The position numbers and the translations under genes were made by a program. DNA of 64,000 nt from Eledone cirrhosa (Eukaryota), in contig OZ024747.1 in assembly GCA_964016885.1 (NCBI GenBank), positions 24,862,001 to 24,926,000 on the forward strand, in the 5' to 3' direction. Numbering within the stretch: position 1 is the first letter of the stretch; each line of letters begins with the position of its first letter. The notes beneath the pieces were generated by a model that was not told where the DNA came from, made no database searches, and saw nothing but the letters and a program-made list of their open reading frames with translations. Shown in pieces: positions 17,949 to 30,321 of the stretch.

Positions 17949-18463
17949 AGGTCACCAGTTGGTGCTACTGGTAACATGTATCCCAGTACAACCTGTCTCA
18001 TGGTCGGGTCGTTGGCGACTAAACTGGCAACCCCACCAAGGTTTCTTGGTGAGGAGGGTGACTTTGGACATCCTGCAAGACTAAAAACAAAACCTGTCAA
18101 AGGGTAAAGGAGCTCGTAAGAGTCAATGGCCATCCAAAATCACTGGGAGATATGACCTCTTAGCCTTTGTCAAGGCAGAATTCTAGGAGAAGGAAAACTC
18201 TGATATAACACCTGCAACCCTGATGGTATCCAATGATGTTGACTTGTTCTTCTTTTTGGTAAATATCATCTTGGTAAAGAGAGTGGGACTGGCTTTGTGC
18301 CCAGCACTATGTGTCAATAATTGTCAGAAGTGTAGTGTTTGTACCAGAGTTTTCAAGTCGCTGGCTGGACTAAAAAGTCACACTCGTTCAGCGCATCGGT
18401 AGGGGTTCTCCTACATGGATATAAAGTAGTGGCCGTACTCGAAAACGAGTTGGCAGCCACCAT
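17946..18463 (+). mobile_element. Short, probably internally deleted non-autonomous RTE derivative (structured 5' leader + C2H2 finger/3' end)
   Basis: The 3' part encodes [22 protein letters not shown] and ends tggccgtactcgaaaacgagttggcagccaccat, matching the 3' end at ~22116-22149. The 5' part is homologous to 34892-35047(-). Confidence 0.65.
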
Positions 18464-18526
18464 ATGTATGTATATATATGTATATATATATATGTATATA
18501 TATATGTAAATGTATGTATATATATG

Positions 18527-18557
<31 letters not shown>

Positions 18558-19070
18558 GTATATGAATGTATATGTATGTATATATATGTATATATATGTA
18601 TATGTATGTATATATATGTATATGTATGTATATATATGTATATGTATGTATATATATGTATATGTATGTATATATATATGTATATGTATGTATATATATA
18701 TGTATATGTATGTATATATATGTATATGTATGTATATATATATATATGTATATGTATGTATATATATGTATATATATATATGTATGTATATATATGTATA
18801 TATATGTATATGTATGTATATATATGTATATGTATGTATATATATGTATATATGTATATGTATGTATATATATGTATATATATGTATATGTATGTATATA
18901 TATGTATATGTATGTATATATATGTATATATGTATATGTATGTATATATATATATATATATATATGTATATGTATGTGTATATATGTATATATAGGTATA
19001 TATGTATGTATATGTATGTATGTATATATATATGTATATATATGTATATATATATGTATATATATATATG

Positions 19071-19101
<31 letters not shown>

Positions 19102-19584
19102 GTATATATATATATGTATATATATATATGTATATATATGTATATATATGTATATATATATATGTGTATATATATGTATATATATATATGTATATGTATA
19201 TATATATATGTATATGTATATGTATATATATATATGTATATATATATATATGTATATATACATATATATATATACATATATATATATATATGTATGTATA
19301 TATATGTATATGTATGTATATATATATGTATGTATATATATGTATATATATATATGTATGTATATATATATATATGTATATATATATGTATACGTATGTA
19401 CATATATGTATATATATATATATGTCTATATATATATGTATATGTATGTATATGTATGTATATATATATATATGTATATATATGTATATGTATGTATATA
19501 TATGTATATATGTATATATATATATGTATATATGTATATATATATGTATGTATGTATATATATATATGTATATATATATGTATG

Positions 19585-19642
<58 letters not shown>
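18464..19642. repeat. Degenerate (TA)n/(TATG)n microsatellite
   Basis: Directly visible. Confidence 0.95.
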
Positions 19643-19645
<3 letters not shown>

Positions 19646-20242
19646 AATAAAATATGGAGAAAAATACTGCAGGTAGCGCATGGATAACATGTAATAAAAT
19701 GAGTCCCTCATCAGTGATTTGCCGACGATCATAGATATTTCATTGCATTAAAAATCATATACCTCACGTCGGTGCAATAATAACTAAAATAAGTTATTAG
19801 GACAATTAAAACGCGTAAAGCGAGTGAGACAGGAGAACAACAAAGAGTATAGCTAACCGTAGGGGAATGAAACAAGCTTCATAATTATTCTGTTTAGCAT
19901 AAGCTAGGTGAATATATGAGCGTTTTAGAAAAAAGACCTTACACGAACGAGGGCCATGTGAGAAGAGAGAAAAATATAGCTTTCGTGGTGTACGGGATGA
20001 AATGAAGAGAGGAGAAACAGTGAGTGAGTGAAAGTGTGAGGAAGAGTTAACTGACATGACAGAGGGGGCGAAAGAAAGTAGTAGAAACAGAGAGAATGGG
20101 GGAGCAGTAAGAGAGAGAGAGAAAAAAACACAGAATCGCAGTTTGGGTAAATATATGTAATAAAATATGGAGAAAAATACTGCAGGTAGCGCATGGATAA
20201 CATGTAATAAAATGAGTCCCTCATCAGTGATTTGCCGATGAT
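19643..20242. mobile_element. Unclassified non-coding element with 87-bp terminal direct repeats, embedded in (TA)n
   Basis: 19643-19729 repeats at 20156-20242 (period 513; one mismatch seen). Each repeat contains CTGATGA on the minus strand. Confidence 0.65.
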
Positions 20243-20245
20243 ATG

Positions 20246-20317
<72 letters not shown>

Positions 20318-20393
20318 GTATATATGTATATATATATATATGTATGTATATATATATATATATATATGTATGTATATATATACATACATACAT

Positions 20394-20426
<33 letters not shown>

Positions 20427-20467
20427 CATACATACATATATATATATACATACATATATATATATAT

Positions 20468-20509
<42 letters not shown>

Positions 20510-20532
20510 ATATATATATATATATATAAATG

Positions 20533-20571
<39 letters not shown>

Positions 20572-20640
20572 ATATATATATATATATGTATGTATATATA
20601 TATATATGTATGTATATATATATATATATGTATGTATATA

Positions 20641-20676
<36 letters not shown>

Positions 20677-20697
20677 TGTATGTATGTATGTATGTAT

Positions 20698-21984
20698 GTT
20701 TGAATGCATTTTGAATGGATTTTCTGATGCTTGCACTGCCTTAGGATTGACTGTCAGTCTCAAGAAAATCTTTGTCATGTACCAACCTGCCCCTGGTAAG
20801 CAGTACACTGAACCAAACATCTATGTGTATGGTAAACGACTTGGAGTGGTTGATCAGTTTGTCTACCTGGGAACACTGTCAATCGATACGGCAACCTTGA
20901 CGGTGAAATCTCACTTAGGATTAGGAAAGCAAGTGATGCTTTCGGAAAGCTAGAAAGGCGACTCTGGGGTCGGCGAGACATATGCAGGAGGACAAAGGTA
21001 ACGGTGTACAGGGCATGTGTGTTCTCTTGTCTTCTTTATGCCTGCGAGACCTGGGTCACATATCGACACCACCTTAAGCAATTGGAGCATTTCCATCAGA
21101 TGTGTCTCAGACGGATCCATGGCGTTCACTGGAGGGACCACATCAGTGATGTCGAGATTTTGGAAAGCTCTATGTGTGACAGTATAGAAGCTCTTGTGCT
21201 TAAGCAATGACTCCGTTGGAGTGGTCACCTTGCCAGGATGAAGGATTCTAGAATACCAAAACAACTCTTTAATGGAGAGTTGGTTAAAGGAAAACGACCG
21301 CCACATAAACCAAAAAAGAGGTATAAGGATTCCTTGAAAGCCTCTCTGAAAGACGCTAACATCTCTGCTGATACATGGGAAAATATTGCTGCTGATCGTA
21401 ATAAATGGAGAAAGACTGTATATGGGGAAAAGTTGCCTTTGAGGCATCTCGAATCGCATACGAGAAAGTAAAGCGGGATGTGAGGAAGGGCATTGCTGTT
21501 GCACTTCCAGACGGCGAGGGTCCTCCTATGGTGTTGACATGCAGCGTCTGTGCGAGACTCTGCCTAAGCAAAGCTGGACTCGAAAGTCATCTTCGCAGTC
21601 ATAAAGTAAGACCAGTGGTTGACCAGCAGGCTGCTGTTGGAGATGCTACTCTTCATGCTTGCCAAACATGTGGTAGAGAATGTAAATCAGCAGGAGGGCT
21701 CAAGCGACATGCAAAAGTACACGAACTCCAACCACAGCCGACTATTCCCAGTGAATGTTTTGGTTGCCAACTCTGTGCAAGCCACATTCGATCGCAGCGC
21801 TGTTAGTTGCTATCGTGTGTGTGTGTGTATAGATATGTTTATGTGTGTGCATGTATGTGTATATATATATATGTATATGTATATTATTATTGTTGTTGTC
21901 GTTATTATTATTGTTGTTATTATTATTATTATTATTGTTATTAATGTATATGTGTGTGTGTATATATGTGTATGTATATATGTA

Positions 21985-22047
<63 letters not shown>

Positions 22048-22149
22048 CTTTTTTTATTTTTATTTTATTTTTTATTTTTTATTTTTTTATTTTTTTTTAT
22101 TTTCTCATCGTGCAATGGCCATACTCGATAACGAGAGGGCAGCCATCAT
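20698..22149 (+). mobile_element. RTE (BovB-like) LINE 3' fragment with C-terminal C2H2 zinc fingers, interrupted by microsatellite at ~21814-22100
   Basis: Motifs [94 protein letters not shown] and CQTCGRECKSAGGLKRHAKVH. Frameshifts and a stop are present. Confidence 0.88.
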
Positions 22150-22154
22150 GTATG

Positions 22155-22185
<31 letters not shown>

Positions 22186-22190
<5 letters not shown>

Positions 22191-23097
22191 TACGAACAGC
22201 AATGTTGCATGGCAGTGAGACCTGGGCATTGTGTGCAGAGGATATACGCAGACTAGAGAGGAACGAAGCTTGCATGCTCCGCTGGATGTGTGTAATAGTA
22301 ATATACGTGAACGGCAAAGCATAAACGAACTAAGGAAAAAAAAATTAGAAATAAGAGGGATCAGATGTTGTTTACTCGAGAGAAGGCTACGTTGGTATGG
22401 TCACGTGATGCGCATGAAAGACGACAGCTGTATAACAAAGTGCAGGGCAATAAAGATAGATGGTAGCCACGGAGTAGGCAGACCCAGAAAAACCTGGGAC
22501 GAGCTGATAAATTCCGACCTCATACACTTACACCTCTCCAAGACAATGTCACTGGACCAAGACCTTTGGCGGTACTCAGTAACAGAGAAGACCCTCCTTA
22601 CCTAAATACAAAGTAAAACCTACTACAGTCAGTAGGCATCTCTAACAAAATACACCCCTGTCCCACCACCCCCACCTCATCCACACCGCCCCTTTCAATG
22701 CAAAGTTATGTTGGTGCCACAACATCCAGGCCGAAACAAATGAGATCGTGTAGGTGTCACGACAAAACACACAGTCCACGCTGTAATGTGGCCGTGTAGG
22801 CAACACGGTAAAAACCTCCCAGTCCCACACTGTAAATGTGGTTGGTGTGAGGAAGGGCATCCAGCTGTAGAAAACACGCCAGACAGTCCACGCTGTAATG
22901 TGGCCGTGTAGGCAACACGGTAAAAACCTCCCAGTCCCACACTGTAAATGTGGTTGGTGTTAGGAAGGGCATCCAGCTGTAGAAAACCTGCCAGACAGTC
23001 CTATGCGAGCAAGACAACCACTCTTGCCTCAAGTGGGAAAACCCCCGTCCAAACCCATGCAAGCGTGGAACATGGACGTTAAACGATGATGATGATA
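22186..23097 (+). mobile_element. RTE LINE 3' fragment with 3'UTR (internal ~112-bp tandem duplication) and (GAT)n tail
   Basis: RTAMLHGSETWAL...RRLRWYGHVMRM...GRPRKTW. acagtccacgctgtaatgtggccg occurs at ~22771 and ~22883. Ends ggacgttaaacgatgatgat. Confidence 0.88.
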
Positions 23098-23388
23098 ATG
23101 ATATATGTATATGTATGTATATGTATGTATATATATGTATATGTATCTATATGTATGTATATATATGTATATATATCTATATGTATGTATATGTATGTAT
23201 ATATATGTATATATAGATATATATGTATGTATATATATGTATATATATATATATATACATATGTATAAGTATGTATATATATATGTATATCATCATTTCA
23301 TTTTTTTTATTTTTTTTTTTTACGTCCACTTTTTCCCTGCTTGCAAGATATATCTATATATATATATATATACATATGTATATGTATG

Positions 23389-23424
<36 letters not shown>

Positions 23425-23553
23425 TATGCATATGTATGTATACATGCGCCCGGCCGATTAACTCACTCGATATGCAAATTAGGCTGCTCAGCCGTTAATA
23501 TGCATAAGGAAAGTTTATACTTTCAGACGTTCAATCATCTGGCAGGAAGGTAT

Positions 23554-23597
23554 ACGTTGCTGACAATAAGCTAATAAGCTTGAAACTAGTACAGCGT
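23554..23597 (+). ncRNA. Hammerhead motif with mutated core (CTGACAA), probably inactive in cis
   Basis: acgttg-CTGACAA-taagctaataagctt-GAAA-CTAG-TA-cagcgt; the G8 position is A. Confidence 0.7.
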
Positions 23598-23980
23598 TCC
23601 TTTGTCAGTATTGAACAAATGAGCAACGATGGTTGCTAGACACTGTACGGCTTAATTCGGGATATTTGTTTACAAACACACCGAGCATTATAATAAATGT
23701 TCGGTGAATCCATACGTACATATATGTATGTGTGCATGTATGTATATATACATACTACTGTACGTCTGTATACATATATGTATGTACATATACATACTTA
23801 TATTTAAGTAACAGCCGTACTAAGAGTGAGAAATGAAATTTCGTTTCATTCATTCCGTTTATCGTTTTCGGTGCGCCCGGCCGATTAACTCACTCGGTAT
23901 GCAAATTAGGCTGCTCAGCCATTAATATGCATAAGGAAAGTATATACTTTCAGACGTTCAATCATCTGGCAGGAAGGTAT

Positions 23981-24023
23981 ACGTTGCTGATGATAGCTAA
24001 TAAGCTTGAAACTAGTACAACGT
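23981..24023 (+). ncRNA. Type I hammerhead ribozyme (intact core)
   Basis: acgttg-CTGATGA-tagctaataagctt-GAAA-CTAG-TA-caacgt. Stem I shows a compensatory change relative to acgatg/catcgt at 4536-4578. Confidence 0.87.
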
Positions 24024-24226
24024 TCCTTTGTCAGTGTTGAACAAATGAGCAACGATGGTTGCTAGACACTGTACGGCTTAATTCAGGATATTTGTTTACA
24101 AACACACCGAGCATTATAATAAATGTTCGGTGAATCCATACGTATATATATGTATGTGTGCATGTATGTATATATATATACATACTACTGTACGTCTGTA
24201 TACATATATGTATGTACGTATACATA

Positions 24227-24278
<52 letters not shown>

Positions 24279-24536
24279 CATGTGTGTGTGTGTGCATATA
24301 TTGTTTGATATTATTATCATCCTTTATAACTTGCAGTATTTTAAGAGATATTTTCAAGTTGTTTTAGATTTTAAAACTATATTTATTTCGTTTTCTTATT
24401 ATTTCTTCATTTTTCAGTATTTTATAACATTAAGTGATGGAATTTTCAGGATCGTTAATTGATAAAATGTTGGCAAAAAACTGAAATAACAAAGGAAATT
24501 CTCAGTCTAAAAAAAGACAGTCGTTTATGATAAAAA

Positions 24537-24667
24537 TTGTTTCTACTTTTGGCACAAGGCCAGCAATTATCCCAGTGTATTACTGGTACTTTATTTTATC
24601 GACCCCGTAAGGATGAAAGGCAAAGTATGATAATAATATTTCAATTAACCATAATAATATTGATAGC

Positions 24668-24716
<49 letters not shown>

Positions 24717-25295
24717 AAGGCCTCTCATTGATCATGATTGTTCATAGGTTTTCACCTAGGAAGTTCCTCCCTGAAGCACAATCCTGAGAAAGGTGTTTGT
24801 GTGGAAAGCCACTGACAGTCACCCTGTTGTCCAAGGGATAGGCTAAGGCTGATGTAGATTGGTACCAATGACACTGCAGCATGAAATAAAGTGTCTTGCT
24901 CAAGGACACAACACACCAGCTGGTCTGGGAATCAAACTCATGTCTGTGAGTCCAACACCCAAACCCCTAAACCATGCACCATCACTGTTTATAATAATAA
25001 AGACGATGGTTTATGATTTAGGCAATTTGGGAGGAGGAAAGCTCAAGTACTTGACTGGTATTTATTCTATTAATCTCAGAGACTAAATGCCATATCCACC
25101 ACTCTAATATAATGGTTTTTGATTTAGGCACAAGGCTAACAATTTTCGAGAGGGGGTAGTTGATTAAATCGACCCCAGTGAATTACTAGTGCTTTATTTT
25201 ATCGACCCATGATAAAGCTAACCTTGGTGAGATTTGAAATCAGAACGTAAAGGATGTTGTCCGATGCTCTACCAATACTGCCAATCCATTGCCCT
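24537..25295 (-). mobile_element. Cluster of SINE fragments (two tRNA-derived families) with an (AGT)n tract
   Basis: ggcacaaggcc...actggtactttattttatcgacccc motifs at ~24537-24625 and ~25115-25295; aaagtgtcttgctcaaggacac at ~24888. Confidence 0.7.
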
Positions 25296-25341
25296 CACTA
25301 CTCTAATATAATAACAATATATTTTATAAGCAATATAATAT

Positions 25342-26168
25342 TACTAGCTGGTCCCGTACTGTCAAAAATGATGGCTAATTGTAATATCTATACATAATAT
25401 AAAAAAAAGATGTTTATTTATTGGTTGGCTGGTTGGTTCCTTCGCGCTCACTCATATAAGTGATACAAATATGCAAACACACAGCTGTGACGAATCTTAG
25501 AATGTTGGACTCATATAGTTTCTCACACCCCCCTTCCTCAGTCATCACATAGATGTGTATTAGACACTCCTTCCTTCTTCAGTTGACGTAATCACCCCTT
25601 TCTTCCCCCATTTGATGTAATCACCCCTTCCTTCCTCAATCGATGTATCACCCCTTCCTTCTTCAGTTGTGGAGACTTCTGGTGTCCTTGGCCCTAGGGC
25701 TACCTCCCTACTCACCACCATAGGCGCTGAGCCGGCCAGCCGCAGGTGTGAGCCCCGCGAGCTGGAGTGGCTTTTCCAGCGCGTCTCCCTTGCTGTCCTC
25801 CGGGGAAATGCCTTCTCCATTTTGACCGCCGGGGCTCTGGCGGAGCCCCATCACATATCATTCCATATTTTGTTTTGGTCGGCGTTTGTGTGTTTGTATA
25901 TATCGCTTTTGTTTTCATTCAGCATCATGTCATTCTTTACTGCTTTTCTCTACTAATGAATTATATTTGGAAAAATAAAATAATTAACACACCTTTCTTC
26001 TCCATTTGATGTAATCACCCCTTCCTTCTTCAATCGATGTTATCACCCTTCCTTCCTCAGTCAATGTAATCACCCCTTCCTTCCTCGGTCGATGTAATCA
26101 CCCCTTCCTTCCTCAGCCATCTCTAGTATGTGACGGACAAATACACAAGGCTATTATATTAGTAAATA
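25342..26168. mobile_element. Possible Helitron/Helentron-type non-autonomous element containing a ~28-bp minisatellite
   Basis: Begins tactagctggtcccgt and ends gtgacggacaaatacacaaggctattatattagt, resembling HINE/DINE-like termini. Internal repeat gatgtaatcaccccttccttcctcagtc. Confidence 0.4.
25669..25987 (+). mobile_element. CRE-clade non-LTR retrotransposon, 3' fragment (end of restriction-like endonuclease)
   Basis: GC-rich; translates VETSGVLGPRATSLLTTIG...EPRELEWLFQRVSLAVLRGNAFSIL, the characteristic CRE C-terminal motif. A-rich end. Confidence 0.75.
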
Positions 26169-26404
26169 ATTATAAATATTATAAACAGTCTAGCAATATT
26201 TATAATAATATTGTGATTTGGACAGCACAAGAACGAGACTCAAACACGCAGTGGTGATGGTGGTGAGAGTTACATGTGGTCATATAAAAAATTAAATATA
26301 AAATCAAATGGATAAAAATATTAACAACAATGAAATTATAGGAGGAGGGTGGCAGGTATCTAGGGCTAATCAAGGAAACCCCTTGAAACCTGATTTACCC
26401 TGAC

Positions 26405-26790
26405 CTCCAAGGGCAAGTGTCGTTTCTTAGTTCTCATCTCCCAGTTTACAGGCTACACAGAGTAGGCTCATTTCATTCAGTCCAAGTTCTCTTCACCCAC
26501 CTTTTTCAACAAATTTACAATGGTGCAGGGGACTGCACTTACTTCTCTACTCACACATTGTTTTTCAAGTGGAACTTGTATAAGTTAACGAGGGCCTGAC
26601 CAAAGAGGAATGCCCTTGCAGTTACATCCACAATACAAACTCTTTTGCCATTGCCACAAGACAGAGAAAAATTGTTTGCCCTTCCCAGCCAAAAGAAGGT
26701 AGCAGGGTGATCTTCACAGTGGACTCAGTCAATAGTTGGATACATTCCATACATTATAACAGCTGTTCAACAAACGTTGTGTGAAACCCT
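26405..26790 (-). mobile_element. Decayed Tx1/L1-like LINE 3' fragment
   Basis: Minus strand gives FLCLVAMAKE..., with similarity to 29640-29890. Confidence 0.5.
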
Positions 26791-27009
26791 AAGATAGATG
26801 TTTCAAACTAAAATTAGAGTGAAATACTCTCCTTTAGAGATCACTGCTCAATGGTTTGATGTATTGCTTATGATGATTAATTAATGACCCTAATAATTGA
26901 TTTGGTACATTGATTGATTCATATTGTTCAATGGAGGCAATGATATTTAAGTGAAGGAGGTATATGGAGTAGTGGTTGAAGATTATTAGGCCTGTGATCA
27001 TATATATAG

Positions 27010-27048
<39 letters not shown>

Positions 27049-27049
<1 letters not shown>

Positions 27050-27210
27050 ATAACAAATTTCCTATAGAAATGGCTTCTATAGGACTAGAACAGTTTCATT
27101 CAAAGGAAATACTGTAGAAGCCATTTCTATATTAAATTTGTTTACACTCTACTAATGTATTGAGTACCTTACTTACTGTGGTTACCCCTGACTGAACCTG
27201 GGACTCACAC
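27049..27210. mobile_element. Fold-back (inverted) remnant of a PLE-type pseudo-LTR beginning inside an HHR
   Basis: Arms aacaaattt..tatagaaatggcttctatag / ctgtagaagccatttctata..aaatttgtt. Same family as 54993-55150 and 55239-55296. Confidence 0.6.
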
Positions 27211-27219
27211 ACATGTATG

Positions 27220-27256
<37 letters not shown>

Positions 27257-28019
27257 AATGTGAAGACATGTCTTAGTGGTTAGAGCATTGGGCTTGCAAT
27301 TTAGAGTCTTGCTGAACACACAAGCCAAAAGCGCTTGGCACCGCTGTCGATATTTTATATATCTCTATACCCACACTGCATCTCCCCATGCTTAGTGATC
27401 TCTTCGGTCTCAGCACCACAGACTTACTCACTCTCTCTCATCATCATCAACGTTTTATGTCCATTCTTCCATGCTATCATGGGTTAGACGGGTTGTCCTG
27501 TTGTGGCTAATGCCAAGTCAGGTGACCATGTCTTGCTTATACAGAACTGATTTTGGCTTGATTTCTACAGCTGGATGCCCTTCCTAATACCAACCTCATT
27601 TACAGTGAGTAGTGAATATATATGTGTATATATATATGTGTGTGTGCGCGCACATATATATATATATATGTATATATATAACTTTCATGGGTTTTGGCCA
27701 GTGTTGGCCCAGGCCATGTCTAAACTAAATAGCACCACCATGTGTGTATGTGTATATATATATGTGTGTGTGTGTATATATGTGTGTGTGCATGTGTATA
27801 TATATGTGTGTGTGTGTGTATGTCAGGCAGATAGATTAAAAAATAGATAAATAGACATAGAGGTAGATGATTGATAGATAGAAATAGAAATAAAACTTTC
27901 AGGAAATATTTGTCTTGGAGAAAACAAATTATTTTGTCATTAACTTTGTACAATTTATTTCATGGTTGATTGAAAACTGTATTTTTTTCTCTTTATTGTT
28001 GTTGTTGCTAAGCAAATGT

Positions 28020-28305
28020 CACCTTGCTCCATTTCTATCATCACCATTAACATCACCATCATCACCTTCATCATTCTCATTATCAGTCACCGTCATCATC
28101 ACCATCACTATCACCATTGCTACAATCACCACCACCATCATCATCATCACCATCATCATCATCACCATCATCATAATCAACATGCTCAGCATCATCACCA
28201 CCATCATCCTCTCTATCTTCAACAAAATCATCATCATCATCACCATCACTACTTTCATCACTGTCATCATTATCATCATCATCATCAATATTGTCATCTT
28301 CATTT
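28020..28305. repeat. (CAT)n/(CAC)n low-complexity tract
   Basis: Directly visible. Confidence 0.85.
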
Positions 28306-28364
28306 GACTACAGTAGTAGACCACCACAAACATCCTCCACATGTTGCAATATTCATAACCACAT

Positions 28365-28690
28365 GTGGTCCCATGGTCCTGTGGTCCCATGGTCCTGTGG
28401 TCCTGTGGCCCCATGGTCCCATGGTTCTGTGGTTCCATGGTCCTATGGTCCTGTGGTTCCATGGTCCCATGGTCCTGTAGTTCCATGGTTCTGTGGTTCC
28501 ATGGTCCTATGGTCCTGTGGTTCCATGGTCCCATGGTCCTGTAGTTCCATGGTCCTGTGGTTCCATGGTCCTATGGTCCTATGGTCCTGTGGTTCCATGG
28601 TCCCATGGTCCTGTAGTCCCATGGTCCTGTGGTTCCATGGTCCTATGGTTCCATGGTCCTGTGGTTCCATGGTCCCATGGTCCTGTGGTT
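28365..28690. repeat. Minisatellite built of 8-bp units (ggtcccat / ggtcctgt / ggttccat)
   Basis: Directly visible. Confidence 0.9.
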
Positions 28691-29499
28691 AACCCTGACC
28701 ATTGGTGGGACTTGAATTTATCAGTAGAATTTGTACCCTTAATGTAATTCCCAAGCAGAATCAACATGACACAGTATATGATATGCCTAAACCTTTAAAT
28801 TACAGATACAATCCCTTTTATATTATAGTGTAAGTGGTTAAATATTCCACAGACACGTGTACCCTTAGTTTAATGCCCAGGTAGAATCAACCTAACACAA
28901 TATGTGGACAGTTAGATATTTGAATTACAGGTACAAGCCCATCCAATGGGCTTGTACACAATTTTTCATCAACCCAATTTCAGGTAAAGGACACTTGCTC
29001 TGGATGACATACTTTGGGATCAAACCCAGGGTCCTCGTGATTTCAAAGTAAACTTCTTAACTACATAGTCATTCTTGGCCAGAATTTATGTAATGTTCTG
29101 TAAATAATGTAACAGACAATAATTTCTCCACATGAATGGAATTTGAAAAGTTTAATTCAATTATTTCTGTTTAAATAAATTATTAACAATCTTTCTCTGT
29201 TTATTGTTTTTTTTTAAATATTTTACAGTGTTTTTCTTTTAATAATTTTCTTCCTCTTGTTGTTGTTGTTGTTGTTGCTAACTGAAGCTCTGTATTAAAT
29301 GTTGGCCAACTAATAGTTGTTATTTAGATTATTTATTTTCTGTTTACTCAGTTTTATGTAAATCCCCACCTTCCTTGTATATTTTTACTGTCCTTAATTT
29401 TTTTGGCTCCAGTGATTAATAAAGAAATCAGTATCATTATTGTTGTTGTTGTTGTTGTTACTATTATCATTGTTGTGGATTGGCAGTATCTGTTGAGCA

Positions 29500-30105
29500 C
29501 CAGACACCATGCTTCGTGGCATAGAGTTACAGCCCTGGTCAAATTAAGTCAATCAAAAGCATTCGATAGGGTCAACCATCGATACCTGGTGGGTTTATGT
29601 TGAATACCTGCTGAGTCCATCATCAAATCACCCTGCTACCTTTCTTTAGCCAGGAAGGGCTGGCTGTTTTTGTCTGTCTGGTGGCCACGTCTGAAAGGGC
29701 AAAAGGCAGACATTTTCCTCTTTGGCATTTCACTTGAAGAGGAAGAACAGGGTGGAAAGAGAAGTGCTGCCTTCCAGCCACTTTTTTGAACGGTGGGTGA
29801 AAGAGGTGAGAATGGCCTGAGTGAATGGGCCTGTTCTGTGCATGTGCCTATAGATTGAAGGAGGACCCCTGGGAGAGACCCCTTGCCCTGGCAGTCAAGG
29901 TGACTATGGCTTTTTATGGGATTTCTCCATGAGTGACCCTTGGAAGTCTCCCCCTATTGATGAATTTTCTTTTGTTCTATTTTTCTGTTACATCCTTTGT
30001 TTTTGTTTTATGTTTGTTTTTACATGCAGAAACCTCCATTTGTACCATCCTGTGCTGTCCTTAATGTTATCCTTTTGTAAACCCTTGTGGTTAATAAAGA
30101 AAACA
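29500..30105 (+). mobile_element. Internally deleted Tx1/L1-like LINE (RT motif fragment fused to 3' end)
   Basis: ALVKLSQSKAFDRVNHRYL (L1/Tx1 RT motif), then FHLKRKNRVEREVL...FFERWV, then a 3'UTR ending aataaagaaaa. Confidence 0.65.
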
Positions 30106-30321
30106 TCATTATTATTACTATTGTTGTTGTTGTTGATATTGTTATTATTTATTTTGTCTCAGTTGTCAGTTCATTAAACTATTGATTACTTGATTACTTA
30201 ATTTACACATCAATTCCACAACAATTAACAACCATTCTCTTACACACTGTTCATATGTCTAGAAATCTGTTTGTCTATCTGTCTATCTATCTATTTACCT
30301 ATCTATCCCTCCCTCTCTTTC

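Larger units (their letters stand above)
23445..24230 (+). mobile_element. Retrozyme-like element, tandem head-to-tail dimer (~427-nt unit), diverged relative of 3873-4902
   Basis: gcgcccggccgattaactcac occurs at 23446 and 23873. Colinear with 4430-4890. Contains two HHR motifs. Confidence 0.82.

Noticed and set aside
17950-18063. Canonical HDV-like ribozyme using GGTCACC/GGTGACT as P1
   Set aside because: P3/L3/P1.1 cannot be placed in the required order, and the pairing is poorly kept in the second copy. Retained only as an unresolved structured leader.
28016-28747. His-rich and WSHGP-repeat ORFs
   Set aside because: These are products of (CAT)n and an 8-bp minisatellite, open in multiple frames.
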